A stretch of DNA of 64,000 nt. Source: Myxococcota bacterium. Its GTDB lineage: Bacteria > Myxococcota_A > UBA9160 > UBA6930. Location of the stretch: the NCBI GenBank assembly GCA_965223705.1, contig OZ245015.1, forward strand, positions 3,264,001-3,328,000. The letters run 5' to 3'. Below the pieces are notes generated by a model. That model saw nothing but the letters and a program-made list of their open reading frames with translations. It searched no databases and was not told the origin of the DNA. This document shows, in pieces, positions 28,800-37,877 of this stretch (its first letter is position 1; the number at the start of each line of letters is the position of its first letter). The position numbers and the translations under genes were made by a program.

Positions 28800-30578
28800 T
28801 CACTCAAGCCCCGCATTGCGGAGCGCCACGGCTAACCGGCTGCGATGGGCGGAGTCCTTGAACGGCCCGTAGTTGCTGAACATCTCGACCTCGAAGAACG
28901 GGCTCAACCGCTTGACTTGTTCCGCCGAGCGTTTGGCTTCCTCAAGTCTCCCCTGCTCGGCATAGACAGCGGTCAAGACGATGTGGCCCGGAGCGAAATC
29001 GGGGTTCTGCGCGACGCTCCCCTCTAGGGTCCGCTGGGCATCGTCCAAGCGGCCCGCCAAGTAGTACGCGGTTCCGAGGTCGGCAAAATGACCCGCCTCG
29101 AGGTTCGGGTCGTAGCGAAGCGCGTTCTCGAGGGATCGTATCGCTTCGTCGGGCTGACTGAGATAGACGAGGACGGTCCCACGCATCGCGTGACTGGACG
29201 GATCGTTCGGGTTCAGGTCGATCGCACGATCGATTTGTTCTAGCGCGAGCTCGTGTTGGCCGCGCACGCTGTGAACGCGGCCCAGAATCGCGTGACCGTG
29301 CGCGAGGTTCCCGTCGATCTCGACCGACTTTCGAGCCAAGGCCAATGCGCGCTCAAGCGCGCGGTCCGGCCACTCCGTCCACCCGTCTGCCGCGTCGTCG
29401 TGATAGGTCTCGGCCAACCGCGCGTACGCCGCCGCGTAGTTCGGGTCGAGCGCTACCGCGCGCTCGAGAAAGCTCCGCGCTTCGAGGTTTCCGGAACGGG
29501 TGCGCTCCTTCAGCAACTGACGAGCGCGGAGAGCGTATTCGTAAGCAGCGAGGTTCTCCGTGGGCCGCGATGACGCGCGCGCTTGCTCGACGGCGGTAAG
29601 CCTGACGGCGAGCTGACTCGCAACTCCCTCGGTGATCTCGTCCTGAACTTTGAAGATGTCGTCGATCTTCTGGTCGTAGCGTTCGGACCAAAGCAGCACG
29701 CCGCGGGCCGCGTCACTGAGCTGGACGGCCACCCGCACGCGTTCGTCGGACCGTCGGATGGCGCCGCGAACAACGTACCGAACACCGAGTTCTGTTTTCA
29801 CCCGCTCGAGAGCGTTCTCTTCGTTGCGGTACGGCAAGACAGCGTCCCACGACATCACCAGCAGATTGGAAAAGCGGCCGAGTGCCGCGATCACGTCCTG
29901 AGTCACGCCATCGCTGAAATAGGCCTGGTCGGTGTCGCCGCTTTGATTGACAAACGGGAGAACGGCAATCTCGGGGCGACTCGCGGACGGTCTGTCGGAT
30001 CGATCGATCAGGGATAGCACCGCCGCAATCAGTAGGGCAATGCCGATCGCTGGGATCGCCCAACGCCACCCCCGGCCTCTCGTCCCCGCCGTGAGGACGT
30101 ACGGAGCGGATCCCGTGCCGCGTCGCAGGACGCGGAGACCGTCGACGTCGAGCAGAGCGCGGCGAATGACGTCCGTCACACGGACCGCGCCGCTCGCTGC
30201 GTCCGCGCGGTCGGGCCGCGGCCGACCGCGCTCAAAGATCACAACCGTGGTCTCGCTGCCTTTGCCGAGGTCGAGTGCCGCGTGTACCTCGAGTGCCGCA
30301 CGCGCCGCCTCATCCGCGTCGGCGAACGTCGCGGTGACCTCGTCGTCTTCGGCCGTCGCTTGCCCGCCAAAACCGCCGAGGAGCGAAAGCAGCCGCGAGC
30401 GATCCGCAGGAACTGGCCTTACGACGAGGGTTGCGGGGACGGGCTCCCGGGCGGAGAGGCTCGCGCGCTGTTTGCGCAGCGAAACGAGCAGAGTCGCCGC
30501 GCCCCCGAGCATGGCGACGACTTGGAGCAGACCCTCGTTTTGGTTGGCCCAATCGGCGAGGCTTGAGAACCAATCCAT
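28800..30578 (-). CDS. membrane protein: degenerate cyclase-like region + TM + TolB-N-like domain + TPR repeats
   Basis: IAVLPFVNQSGD.DQAYFSDGVT.D.I..L; multiple 'RAV.LDPNYA.AY' TPRs. Confidence 0.85.
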   Translation of the reverse strand: MDWFSSLADWANQNEGLLQVVAMLGGAATLLVSLRKQRASLSAREPVPATLVVRPVPADRSRLLSLLGGFGGQATAEDDEVTATFADADEAARAALEVHAALDLGKGSETTVVIFERGRPRPDRADAASGAVRVTDVIRRALLDVDGLRVLRRGTGSAPYVLTAGTRGRGWRWAIPAIGIALLIAAVLSLIDRSDRPSASRPEIAVLPFVNQSGDTDQAYFSDGVTQDVIAALGRFSNLLVMSWDAVLPYRNEENALERVKTELGVRYVVRGAIRRSDERVRVAVQLSDAARGVLLWSERYDQKIDDIFKVQDEITEGVASQLAVRLTAVEQARASSRPTENLAAYEYALRARQLLKERTRSGNLEARSFLERAVALDPNYAAAYARLAETYHDDAADGWTEWPDRALERALALARKSVEIDGNLAHGHAILGRVHSVRGQHELALEQIDRAIDLNPNDPSSHAMRGTVLVYLSQPDEAIRSLENALRYDPNLEAGHFADLGTAYYLAGRLDDAQRTLEGSVAQNPDFAPGHIVLTAVYAEQGRLEEAKRSAEQVKRLSPFFEVEMFSNYGPFKDSAHRSRLAVALRNAGLE

Positions 30579-30587
30579 CGTTCCGTC

Positions 30588-31973
30588 TCAAGACCGGGCT
30601 TTCCGGACGTCTCGGTACCGGGCTCCCGGATGATCATCCGCGAGTGCCACCTGCCCGACTCCGAAATAATGTTCCCGGAGTGTCGCGGCGTCGTAGCTCG
30701 TGCGAAACAAGTTGCGCCGTTGAAGCTCGGGGACGACGAACTCGACGAAGTTCTCGGTGCCCAAAGGCTCGACGGGACACAAGAGGTTGAATCCGTCGAC
30801 TCCGCCCTCTTCCGCCCAGCGCTCGAGTTCGTCGGCGACGCGACGGGGCCCTCCCACGACGACGTGCGTAATGCTTCCCACGGAGAGATACTCGGCGACT
30901 TCGCGAAAGGTCCAAACGCGCGTCGGGTCGATGGACTGAAAGTAGTCCGAGAAGAACTGCATCCCGTCCCGTTCGGTCGATCGAAGTTCGTCGTCCGGAG
31001 CGAACTTCGAGAGATCGATCCCCGTCCAGCCGCCAAACAAGGCGAGGGCTCCCTCTGGGCTCCGTATGGCCGCAACTTCCGACCAGAGCTTCGAGGCGTC
31101 TTCGTCGGTCGCCGCACAAACGACGGCGACGCCCATCAGAATCTTCACGGAATCCTGTGCGCGACCTTCTCCACGAATCGCCTCGCGATAGCGGTCGGTG
31201 TAGGTCCGGGCGACACGGAGGTTCGGGAAGACCGTGAAGAGCACTTCTCCGTGACGCGCCCCGAAAGCGATGCCGCGTTCCGAAGACCCCGCTTGATAGA
31301 CAACCGGGGTGCGCTGGGGTGAAGGCTCGCAGAGGTGCGGTCCTTCGACGCTGTAGTACTTCCCCACATGGTTGATCTCGTGAACCTTTGCGGGATCGAT
31401 CAAGCAGTCTCCGTCCTTGTCGTAGACGATCGCCCCGTCGTCCCAGCTCTCCTCCCAAAGCCGATACACGACTTCCATGTATTCATCGGCTTGGTCGTAT
31501 CGTTCGTCGTGCGGAAGCTGCTTCGGCAAGCCCTGCCGTTGCGCGTCGGTCAAGTACGAGGTCACCACGTTCCATCCCACCCGCCCGTTCGTCAGATGAT
31601 CGAGGGTCGTAAAGTGCTTCGCGGTCAAGTAGGGCGGGAAGTAGGAGGTGCTGTAGGTGCTGGCGAATCCAAGGTGGCGGGTCTCCCGCGCCATGGCAGG
31701 AATGAGGACGGTCGGGTCATTGCACGGAATCTGCACCCCGTGGCGGATCGCATCGTGTCGAGAGCCCCGAAAAATGTCGTACGTACCGTGGACGTCGGCG
31801 AAGAAGAAGGCGTCCAGACATCCGCGCTCGGCGGTCTTCGCGCGCTCGATCCAATGGTCGAGCTGGCGATAACCGGGCACCGAGCGATCGCTTGGATGTT
31901 TCCACTGCCCTTTCGACTGCGGACACGGTGAGCACTGCGAAAATGCGTTCAGATGAAGGGTTCCCGCGGACAT
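30588..31973 (-). CDS. NtaA/DmoA/DszA-family FMNH2-dependent monooxygenase (LLM)
   Basis: FFADVHG, NDP..LIP, TLDHLTNGRVGWNVVTS, HDERYDQADE, PSPQRTPVVYQAGSS; start re-picked at MSAGTL. Confidence 0.92.
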   Translation of the reverse strand: MSAGTLHLNAFSQCSPCPQSKGQWKHPSDRSVPGYRQLDHWIERAKTAERGCLDAFFFADVHGTYDIFRGSRHDAIRHGVQIPCNDPTVLIPAMARETRHLGFASTYSTSYFPPYLTAKHFTTLDHLTNGRVGWNVVTSYLTDAQRQGLPKQLPHDERYDQADEYMEVVYRLWEESWDDGAIVYDKDGDCLIDPAKVHEINHVGKYYSVEGPHLCEPSPQRTPVVYQAGSSERGIAFGARHGEVLFTVFPNLRVARTYTDRYREAIRGEGRAQDSVKILMGVAVVCAATDEDASKLWSEVAAIRSPEGALALFGGWTGIDLSKFAPDDELRSTERDGMQFFSDYFQSIDPTRVWTFREVAEYLSVGSITHVVVGGPRRVADELERWAEEGGVDGFNLLCPVEPLGTENFVEFVVPELQRRNLFRTSYDAATLREHYFGVGQVALADDHPGARYRDVRKARS

Positions 31974-32094
31974 GATCGTCTCCTCCCGGGGGAGCATATG
32001 CCGGACCGGCGCGGCGCTTCGAGCCACCGCCCAGGCTCGCCGGTGAAGCCATTGTGGCGTAGCGGCAGTATTCCGGGCCCCCGATTCACGATGA

Positions 32095-32484
32095 ATGCCG
32101 CAAAAGGATCCCGGTTACGTCACGCGCGCTCAAGAGGCGTTCGGTAGGTTCACCGGCGTATCGGAGGGAATCGAAGGGGGAATCGTGACCGGACCCGTGC
32201 TGGCTCGACTCGTGGGCGATGGGCGCTTGTCGAAGCGCGCCATCGATGAGTGCCTCGAAGCTCTGTCCGACCGGAGCGTGCCCCGACCTGCCGGAGACGT
32301 GACGGTTCGCTTGGACTCCTGCCTCCGCGAAATTCCGAAACCCGAGCGAGACGAATGGGTCTCCGACTTGTTGCGAGAACATTTCGGTCTGTCTGTGCCG
32401 GGAAGCACGCTCGGGCGTGCATCGCAGATCGCGAGACGAAGGCGTTGGAGACGGCGTTCCGCTGGCTCTGCGATTTTTTTGTAA
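32095..32484 (+). CDS. hypothetical protein
   Basis: Most protein-like frame filling the gap between divergent and convergent neighbours; no motif recognised. Confidence 0.35.
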   Translation: MPQKDPGYVTRAQEAFGRFTGVSEGIEGGIVTGPVLARLVGDGRLSKRAIDECLEALSDRSVPRPAGDVTVRLDSCLREIPKPERDEWVSDLLREHFGLSVPGSTLGRASQIARRRRWRRRSAGSAIFL

Positions 32485-32491
32485 CGCCAGC

Positions 32492-32875
32492 TCAACGGAC
32501 CGGCCACAGCCGGGGAACAACCGCCTCCCCGCGCTCGTTCACGTAACAACGTTCGGCAATACTCGCCTCGATGTCGCGCTCGCCCAAGCCCGGGCTCGCG
32601 TAGACGAGATCGATGATCTCGAGCAGGGCTCCCAGGGTGCGCTCCCGGTCGCTTACAAACGGGTTGTCCACGCTCTCCCGTGCCATTTCAATCTGCTCTT
32701 GTCGCGACTCACCGCGCGCTTTTCCAGCGGCGACGATGCGAAACGCTTGAGCGAGCTCACCGCACACGTCGTCGCGACGCGGCGCCGAGACGTCTACGTC
32801 CGCGACCGGCCCAAGGCGCACACAGGCGCCGGTGGCGAGAACCACGCTTACAAGAACGAGCGCGCGAAACATCAT
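32492..32875 (-). CDS. hypothetical lipoprotein
   Basis: MMFRALVLVSVVLATGAC signal peptide with lipobox Cys; two further Cys. Confidence 0.6.
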   Translation of the reverse strand: MMFRALVLVSVVLATGACVRLGPVADVDVSAPRRDDVCGELAQAFRIVAAGKARGESRQEQIEMARESVDNPFVSDRERTLGALLEIIDLVYASPGLGERDIEASIAERCYVNERGEAVVPRLWPVR

Positions 32876-33060
32876 CCGTTCGACGCTAGCGCCTATTCCG
32901 TGAGGACGAATCCTCTCGCAATGCGCGGTGATTCCGCTTACGAGCCATCGTCTTGCCACACACGTTTCGTAGTCTCACAGCTCCAGAGGGGGGGCGAGGC
33001 GTCGCGGAATGGGGGTTCTGCCGCGCTTTGCGTGCTGTACGAGATCGCACAGTGCTCGAG

Positions 33061-33091
33061 CCGGATCGGTGTTGCGTGACCACCGATCCGG
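33061..33091 (-). terminator. perfect 11-bp stem-loop downstream of the tetR-CoA transferase unit (possible terminator)
   Basis: CCGGATCGGTG-TTGCGTGAC-CACCGATCCGG, 30 bp after the 33122 stop; no clear U-tract. Confidence 0.45.
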
Positions 33092-33121
33092 TTCACCCCG
33101 CCAACAGCACATATGGCGTAG

Positions 33122-34306
33122 CTAGGAGATCGCTCCACAGCTTCGCAGTCGCTCAATCGAGGCGTCGTCGTGCCCGAGCTCCCGGAGAACCTCATCCGTG
33201 TGCTCGCCCAGCGCAGGCGCCATGAAGCGTACTTCCGAGGGCGTGGCTTCGAAACGGGCGGTCGGTCGGGCCATGCGCATGGGGCCGCCGGCCGGGTGCT
33301 CGGCCTCAAACAGGCTGTTTCGATGGAGGATCTGCGGGTCGGTGTGGACCTCACTCAGTCGTCGAACCTTGGCGAAGGGAACTTCCTGAGCGTCGAGGCG
33401 GGCGCAAATCTCATCGGTCTTCCACTTCGCGAGTTCGCTGTCGAGGAGTTCGACCACTTCGTCGATTCGCGAAATCCGCGCGACCACCGTCGAGTACTTC
33501 GGATCCTCGGCGAGTTCGTCGCGGCCAATCGCCCGGCACATTCCACGCCACTCGTCGTCGGAAACGGTGAGGTACGTGATGCTTCCGTCGAGCGTTCGGG
33601 CGACCCGGTAGATGTCGCCCAGCGAGGGCATCGGGCGGACGCCCTCGCCGAGCCAAGTGTGGTTCCACATGCCGTCGGGCCACAAGAACGCGAGGCCGAC
33701 GTCCATCATCGTGACTTCGAGCGCTTGTCCCCCGGCGCCGCGTTCGCGCGCGTAGAGTGCAGCCGTGATCGCCTGCGCGGCATTCAACGCTGTCGCTTTG
33801 TCACAAACGATGTTCTTCACGAGTTCCGGCCGCGCATCGCCGCGCCTGCTCTGCACGTCGACGAAGCCGGTCAAACCCTGGATCACCGGATCGTACACAC
33901 GGCGGTCCGCATAGGGCCCGTCGGCGCCGAAACCGCTGATCGAAGCGTAGATGATGTCTTCCCGGGCGGCGCGGAGCACGTCGTAGCCGAGCCCCATTCG
34001 CTCCATCGCGCCCGGCCGAAAGTTCTGCACGACCACGTCCGCGGTCTTCACGAGATCGATGAGCAGCGAGCGACCGGATTCTTGGTGCGTGTCGATCACA
34101 ATCGACCGCTTGTTCCGGTTGAGCACCGCGAACATCGCGGCAGCCCCGTTTCGCACGGCGCCCATCTGGCGCGAGATGTCGCCACCCCTGGGCTGTTCGA
34201 CTTTGATGACGTCCGCGCCCTGGTCCGCGAGGACCTGAACGGCCATCGGGCCGGACACAACATTGGAGAGATCGATGATCCTGACGTCCGAGAGCGGACC
34301 GCTCAT
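33122..34306 (-). CDS. CaiB/BaiF family (class III) CoA transferase
   Basis: IIDLSNVVSGP, NRNKRS, QNFRPG, VYDPVIQ, APALGEHT; 4-bp overlap with tetR. Confidence 0.92.
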   Translation of the reverse strand: MSGPLSDVRIIDLSNVVSGPMAVQVLADQGADVIKVEQPRGGDISRQMGAVRNGAAAMFAVLNRNKRSIVIDTHQESGRSLLIDLVKTADVVVQNFRPGAMERMGLGYDVLRAAREDIIYASISGFGADGPYADRRVYDPVIQGLTGFVDVQSRRGDARPELVKNIVCDKATALNAAQAITAALYARERGAGGQALEVTMMDVGLAFLWPDGMWNHTWLGEGVRPMPSLGDIYRVARTLDGSITYLTVSDDEWRGMCRAIGRDELAEDPKYSTVVARISRIDEVVELLDSELAKWKTDEICARLDAQEVPFAKVRRLSEVHTDPQILHRNSLFEAEHPAGGPMRMARPTARFEATPSEVRFMAPALGEHTDEVLRELGHDDASIERLRSCGAIS

Positions 34307-34932
34307 TGCGCAACTCCTTCACGGTGCCGAAGGGCACCGTAGATCACGGTTTCGAGAAAGCGCTGGACCCGCGCCGGATCTCGTCGCGTGAACATCATTT
34401 GAGCGATCATGTTCCCGGATCCCACGACGAGATAGGCGGCCGCTTCGGGATCCACCGTCCGCATGAGTTCCCCGGATGCCTGGCCTTTGCGGATCACTTC
34501 GACGAAGGACCGGATGACGCGCGTCTGGAAGTCCTCGTAGAGGGGCCAGATCTCGTCCCGAACGGCGGTACTCCAATCCAGCCACACCTTGATGTGATCG
34601 GGGTGGCTCTCCGCGCGATGGGCGAACTCGCGGACGACAGCGAGCAAGGTGTCCGCGGCGCCTTCCTTGCGGGCGACGACATCCTGAATCATTTCGATGA
34701 GGAACCGGTCGACCTCGAGCAGGACCTCCCGGACGAGCTCCGCGCGCGTCGGGAAGTAGGAAAAAACCGTCGGCACAGCGACGCCGGCCTCAGCGGCGAT
34801 GGCCGCGTGGCGAGCCGAGCCGATCCCCTGCCGAGCGAACACGCGAATCGCGCAACCCAGCAGCTGGTCGCGCCTTTCCCCCCGGGGCAGACTCGGTGCC
34901 CTTTTTCGGACGAAAGCGGCGTCTTCGCTCAT
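34303..34932 (-). CDS. TetR-family regulator, LuxR(Vibrio)/HapR/SmcR-like
   Basis: HTH 'VFARQGIG..RHAAIA.EAGVAVPTVFSYFPTR..LV.EVL' and 'KVWLDWSTAVRDEIWPLY', matching the recalled HapR/LuxR motif KVWFEWSASTRDEVWPLF. Confidence 0.85.
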   Translation of the reverse strand: MSEDAAFVRKRAPSLPRGERRDQLLGCAIRVFARQGIGSARHAAIAAEAGVAVPTVFSYFPTRAELVREVLLEVDRFLIEMIQDVVARKEGAADTLLAVVREFAHRAESHPDHIKVWLDWSTAVRDEIWPLYEDFQTRVIRSFVEVIRKGQASGELMRTVDPEAAAYLVVGSGNMIAQMMFTRRDPARVQRFLETVIYGALRHREGVAQ

Positions 34933-34935
34933 CGC

Positions 34936-34974
34936 TTGCAGAGTACCCGAGATCGAGTGATAATTTTATCATTC
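34936..34974 (+). promoter_or_regulatory. sigma70-like promoter of SDIMO-2 (TTGCAG-17 nt-GATAAT) overlapped by palindromic operator TGATAA-TT-TTATCA (34958-34971)
   Basis: Read directly in the 63-bp divergent intergenic region between tetR and the beta subunit; flanks extend the IR (GAgTGATAA/TTATCAtTC). Confidence 0.7.
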
Positions 34975-34995
34975 AACCGTGAAGGAAAGCAGCTG

Positions 34996-36027
34996 ATGTG
35001 CCCCCGTCCCGGACGCAAGCGCGGTAGCCAGCCGCACTTTCGCTACTTCGAACCCGCCAAGAAGCGCGCGTCGCAGTACGAAGAAGTCACCGTCCACACC
35101 CAGTGGGACCCGAAGAACTACGCCGCACAGGGATGGTTCAACCTCGATTCCCAAGGACGGGGAGCTTGGCACGACGATTCGACCGAGCTCCGGTCCGAGA
35201 ACTGGTGGGGCTACCGGGATCCAGGCCAGGAATGGTTCCGCCCGTTCGTCAATCGGCAGGCGTCGGTCGGCGATTCGATTACACAAGCGGTAGACGGCGC
35301 GAAGCGAAGCGGCGTGTTTCACGGCTTCACGCCCAAGTGGATCGAGTTTCTTCGCACTCATTACGCCGCCTACCGTTTCCCCGAGTACGGGCTCTTTCTC
35401 TGTCTGAGTCATGCGCAGCGTGAAGCGCTTTCCGACGTCGTCGCGAGTCCCTTGATGTTCCAGGGCCTCGAGAAGGATCGACACGCTCAGGACATCGCCC
35501 TCTACGGCATGGAGCTCGAAGACGCCATCCCGGGCTTCAGCGACGCGGACTGCAAAGCCGTTTGGATGGAGTCAACGGAGTGGCAACCGCTGCGCCGCTT
35601 CATCGAGGAACTCCTCGCCGCGCGAGACTGGGCAGAAATCAATCTCGCGATCAACCTGATTTACGAGCCCTTGGCCGCGGCACTGTTTGCGCGAGAGCTC
35701 GTGCTGCGTTTTGCGCCGCACCACGGCGACTCGGTCACGCCGGTGATCGTCGCCGGCGCCGAGGCCGACCGCGCGGTACGCGCAGAGAGCACCCGGGAGT
35801 TTGTTCGCTTCATCGTCGCGCAGGACGAAGGCAACCGAGACATCATCGACGGCTGGCTCGCCAACTGGAGCCCTCGGATGATCGATGCTTGCCGAGCCTT
35901 CGAGCCGTTCTTCACCGCTCCTGAGCACCCACCACAATCGTTCACAGAAGCCTTCGCCCGTGTGGTCGATGAGTGGCAAGCGAACCTCGGAGAACTCGGG
36001 CTGACCTGCCCGGCGGAGCGCTCATGA
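34996..36027 (+). CDS. SDIMO-2 hydroxylase beta subunit
   Basis: YFEPAKKRASQYE, W.GYRDP..EW.RPFV, EYGLFL, DRHAQD, RDWAE, APHHGDSVTP; ATG at 34996 after AAGGA. Confidence 0.92.
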   Translation: MCPRPGRKRGSQPHFRYFEPAKKRASQYEEVTVHTQWDPKNYAAQGWFNLDSQGRGAWHDDSTELRSENWWGYRDPGQEWFRPFVNRQASVGDSITQAVDGAKRSGVFHGFTPKWIEFLRTHYAAYRFPEYGLFLCLSHAQREALSDVVASPLMFQGLEKDRHAQDIALYGMELEDAIPGFSDADCKAVWMESTEWQPLRRFIEELLAARDWAEINLAINLIYEPLAAALFARELVLRFAPHHGDSVTPVIVAGAEADRAVRAESTREFVRFIVAQDEGNRDIIDGWLANWSPRMIDACRAFEPFFTAPEHPPQSFTEAFARVVDEWQANLGELGLTCPAERS

Positions 36028-36323
36028 GCCCCACCGAGCTCCGCGAGAAGCACACGGTCAGCGCCAAGCTCATGGCGGGCGAAGAAGCGGAAGCCATCGC
36101 CGATGCCGTGCTCTCGAGCAACGCAGCCGCCGTCGTCGAGGACCACGGGGCGTACCTCGTGATCGAAGCCGAGCGCGAGCTCGTCTTCGATATGGAAGAC
36201 ATCGCGCTCGAACTCGGCCGCCCGTATGACGTGGCCGCGTTTCAGGTCGTCTTGTCGAGCTACACCGGGGAAGTCGACGTGCAAGATCGACAAGTTCTCA
36301 TCCGCGAAGCAATGAGCGGTTAG
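36024..36323 (+). CDS. SDIMO-2 coupling protein (MmoB/DmpM family)
   Basis: LMAGEEAEAI, D.GAY..IEA, FQVVLSSYTG; ATGA overlap with the beta stop. Confidence 0.9.
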   Translation: MSPTELREKHTVSAKLMAGEEAEAIADAVLSSNAAAVVEDHGAYLVIEAERELVFDMEDIALELGRPYDVAAFQVVLSSYTGEVDVQDRQVLIREAMSG

Positions 36324-36342
36324 TGCAAAGGGAGTCCGCGCC

Positions 36343-37869
36343 TTGTCCACATCATTCACGCGTGCCTACGACCGGGTGAAAGCCATTGACTGGGAGCCGA
36401 CCCACATCTCGCCATCCGACAAGATGACGGAGACGACGCGGTTCCATCTCGAAGGCCTGACGCCGGCGGATCCGTTCAAGACGTCTCTGCGCGAGTACTT
36501 CAACATGGAACGCGAAAAGGACAGCCGTCACTACGCGATCCTCGAAGCGGCGAGTCGCCTTCAATCGGGAAGCCCCCATCCGCGTTGGATGGAGAGCATG
36601 AAGTTCGGTCTCTCGAACCTGATCGCCATCGAGTATTCCGCCGGCCGGCAGATGGGCCGGATGGTTCGAAGCGTTGCGCCGATGGAGCTCCGGCAGGGCT
36701 ACATGATGCAAGTGCTCGACGAGATCCGGCACTCGCAACTCGAGATGAACACCTTGCGCCACCACATGAGAACGTGGAGCGATCCGGCGGGCTACGACAT
36801 CGCGCTTCACGCGTCGGGCAACAGCGTGGGAGCGGGCATTTTCCGCTCGCTGATCGAGGACTTCATGACCGCCGATCCGGTGGAGACCTCGCTCGGGTTC
36901 CAGATCTTTATCGAAACGGCGTACACAAACTTCTTTTTCGTCGGGATGTCGACGGCGGCGGCGGCGCACGGCGACAACGCGCTCGCCTCTACCATGTTGA
37001 CCATCCAATCCGACGAGTCGCGTCACATGGCGAACGGCTGGACCACCCTCGCGACGCTCCTGCAGGACGACCGGAACCTGCCGCTCATTCAACAGGTGCT
37101 CGACAAGTGGGCCTGGCGAAGCCATGTGAGTTTCGGCGTCGGCAACGCGCTGTTCGGCGACTATTTTGTGAGAAATCGAACCGAATCGTCGAAAGAGATG
37201 GCCTTGCGCTGGGTCTTCGACGAGTTCTACGGCGCGTTCTACCAGAAGCTCGAGCGCTACGGAATCAAGCCGCCGCCGCACCTCGACCGCATGATTTCGG
37301 ATCTCGACACCATCTCCCACGCAGCGGCGATCTACCTGTTCGGTGCTTGGCCCGCGTTCTACCACCGCTACGACCCGCTGACGCCCGAAGAGATGGACTG
37401 GTTTGAGGAGAAGTACCCGGGCTGGTACTCGCACTTCGGCGGATTCTGGGAAGCCTATAACCAGATGACCGATCCCGACAACGCGACTCTCATCTTGAAA
37501 GAGCTGGGAGGTCTGCCGAACTTCTGCCAGGTCTGCCAACTGCCCACCGTCTTTCCGCGACCCGATGCGAACACCGGCCGCTCGGTGGAGCACGACGGGA
37601 AGACCTACGTCGCCTGCTCCCAAGGCTGCGAAGAGATTTTTCTGAACGATCCACTGCACTACTCGGGATTCAGGAGCTTCTACGATTTGTACAACGGGGA
37701 GGATCTGGCCGATGCGATACGCGACCTCGGCTACCTTCGCTCTGATGGAGAGACGTTGATCGCGCAACCGGTGCTCGAGCCCAAGCGCATGTGGACGCTC
37801 GAAGACATTCGCCGCTGCCAGTATCAAGTCGAAGCCCCGCCGCTTCCCCCGCCCGCTGTCGCGTCCTAG
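36343..37869 (+). CDS. SDIMO-2 hydroxylase alpha subunit (divergent, alkene monooxygenase/group 4-like)
   Basis: Di-iron ligands EYSA / DEIRH / ETAYTN / DESRH; WFEEKYPGW; CQVCQLP; TTG start with GGGAG RBS. Confidence 0.93.
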   Translation: MSTSFTRAYDRVKAIDWEPTHISPSDKMTETTRFHLEGLTPADPFKTSLREYFNMEREKDSRHYAILEAASRLQSGSPHPRWMESMKFGLSNLIAIEYSAGRQMGRMVRSVAPMELRQGYMMQVLDEIRHSQLEMNTLRHHMRTWSDPAGYDIALHASGNSVGAGIFRSLIEDFMTADPVETSLGFQIFIETAYTNFFFVGMSTAAAAHGDNALASTMLTIQSDESRHMANGWTTLATLLQDDRNLPLIQQVLDKWAWRSHVSFGVGNALFGDYFVRNRTESSKEMALRWVFDEFYGAFYQKLERYGIKPPPHLDRMISDLDTISHAAAIYLFGAWPAFYHRYDPLTPEEMDWFEEKYPGWYSHFGGFWEAYNQMTDPDNATLILKELGGLPNFCQVCQLPTVFPRPDANTGRSVEHDGKTYVACSQGCEEIFLNDPLHYSGFRSFYDLYNGEDLADAIRDLGYLRSDGETLIAQPVLEPKRMWTLEDIRRCQYQVEAPPLPPPAVAS

Positions 37870-37877
37870 AGCTCGCG

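Noticed and set aside
34303..34932. Quorum-sensing circuit
   Set aside because: No autoinducer synthase, LuxO/LuxU or Qrr-like elements are visible; sequence similarity alone does not imply quorum sensing
34958..34971. Fur box upstream of SDIMO-2
   Set aside because: It resembles TGATAAT, but the symmetry is 6-2-6 (14 bp) rather than Fur's 7-1-7. It is better explained by the adjacent TetR and by the matching site at 23767. Not fully excluded.
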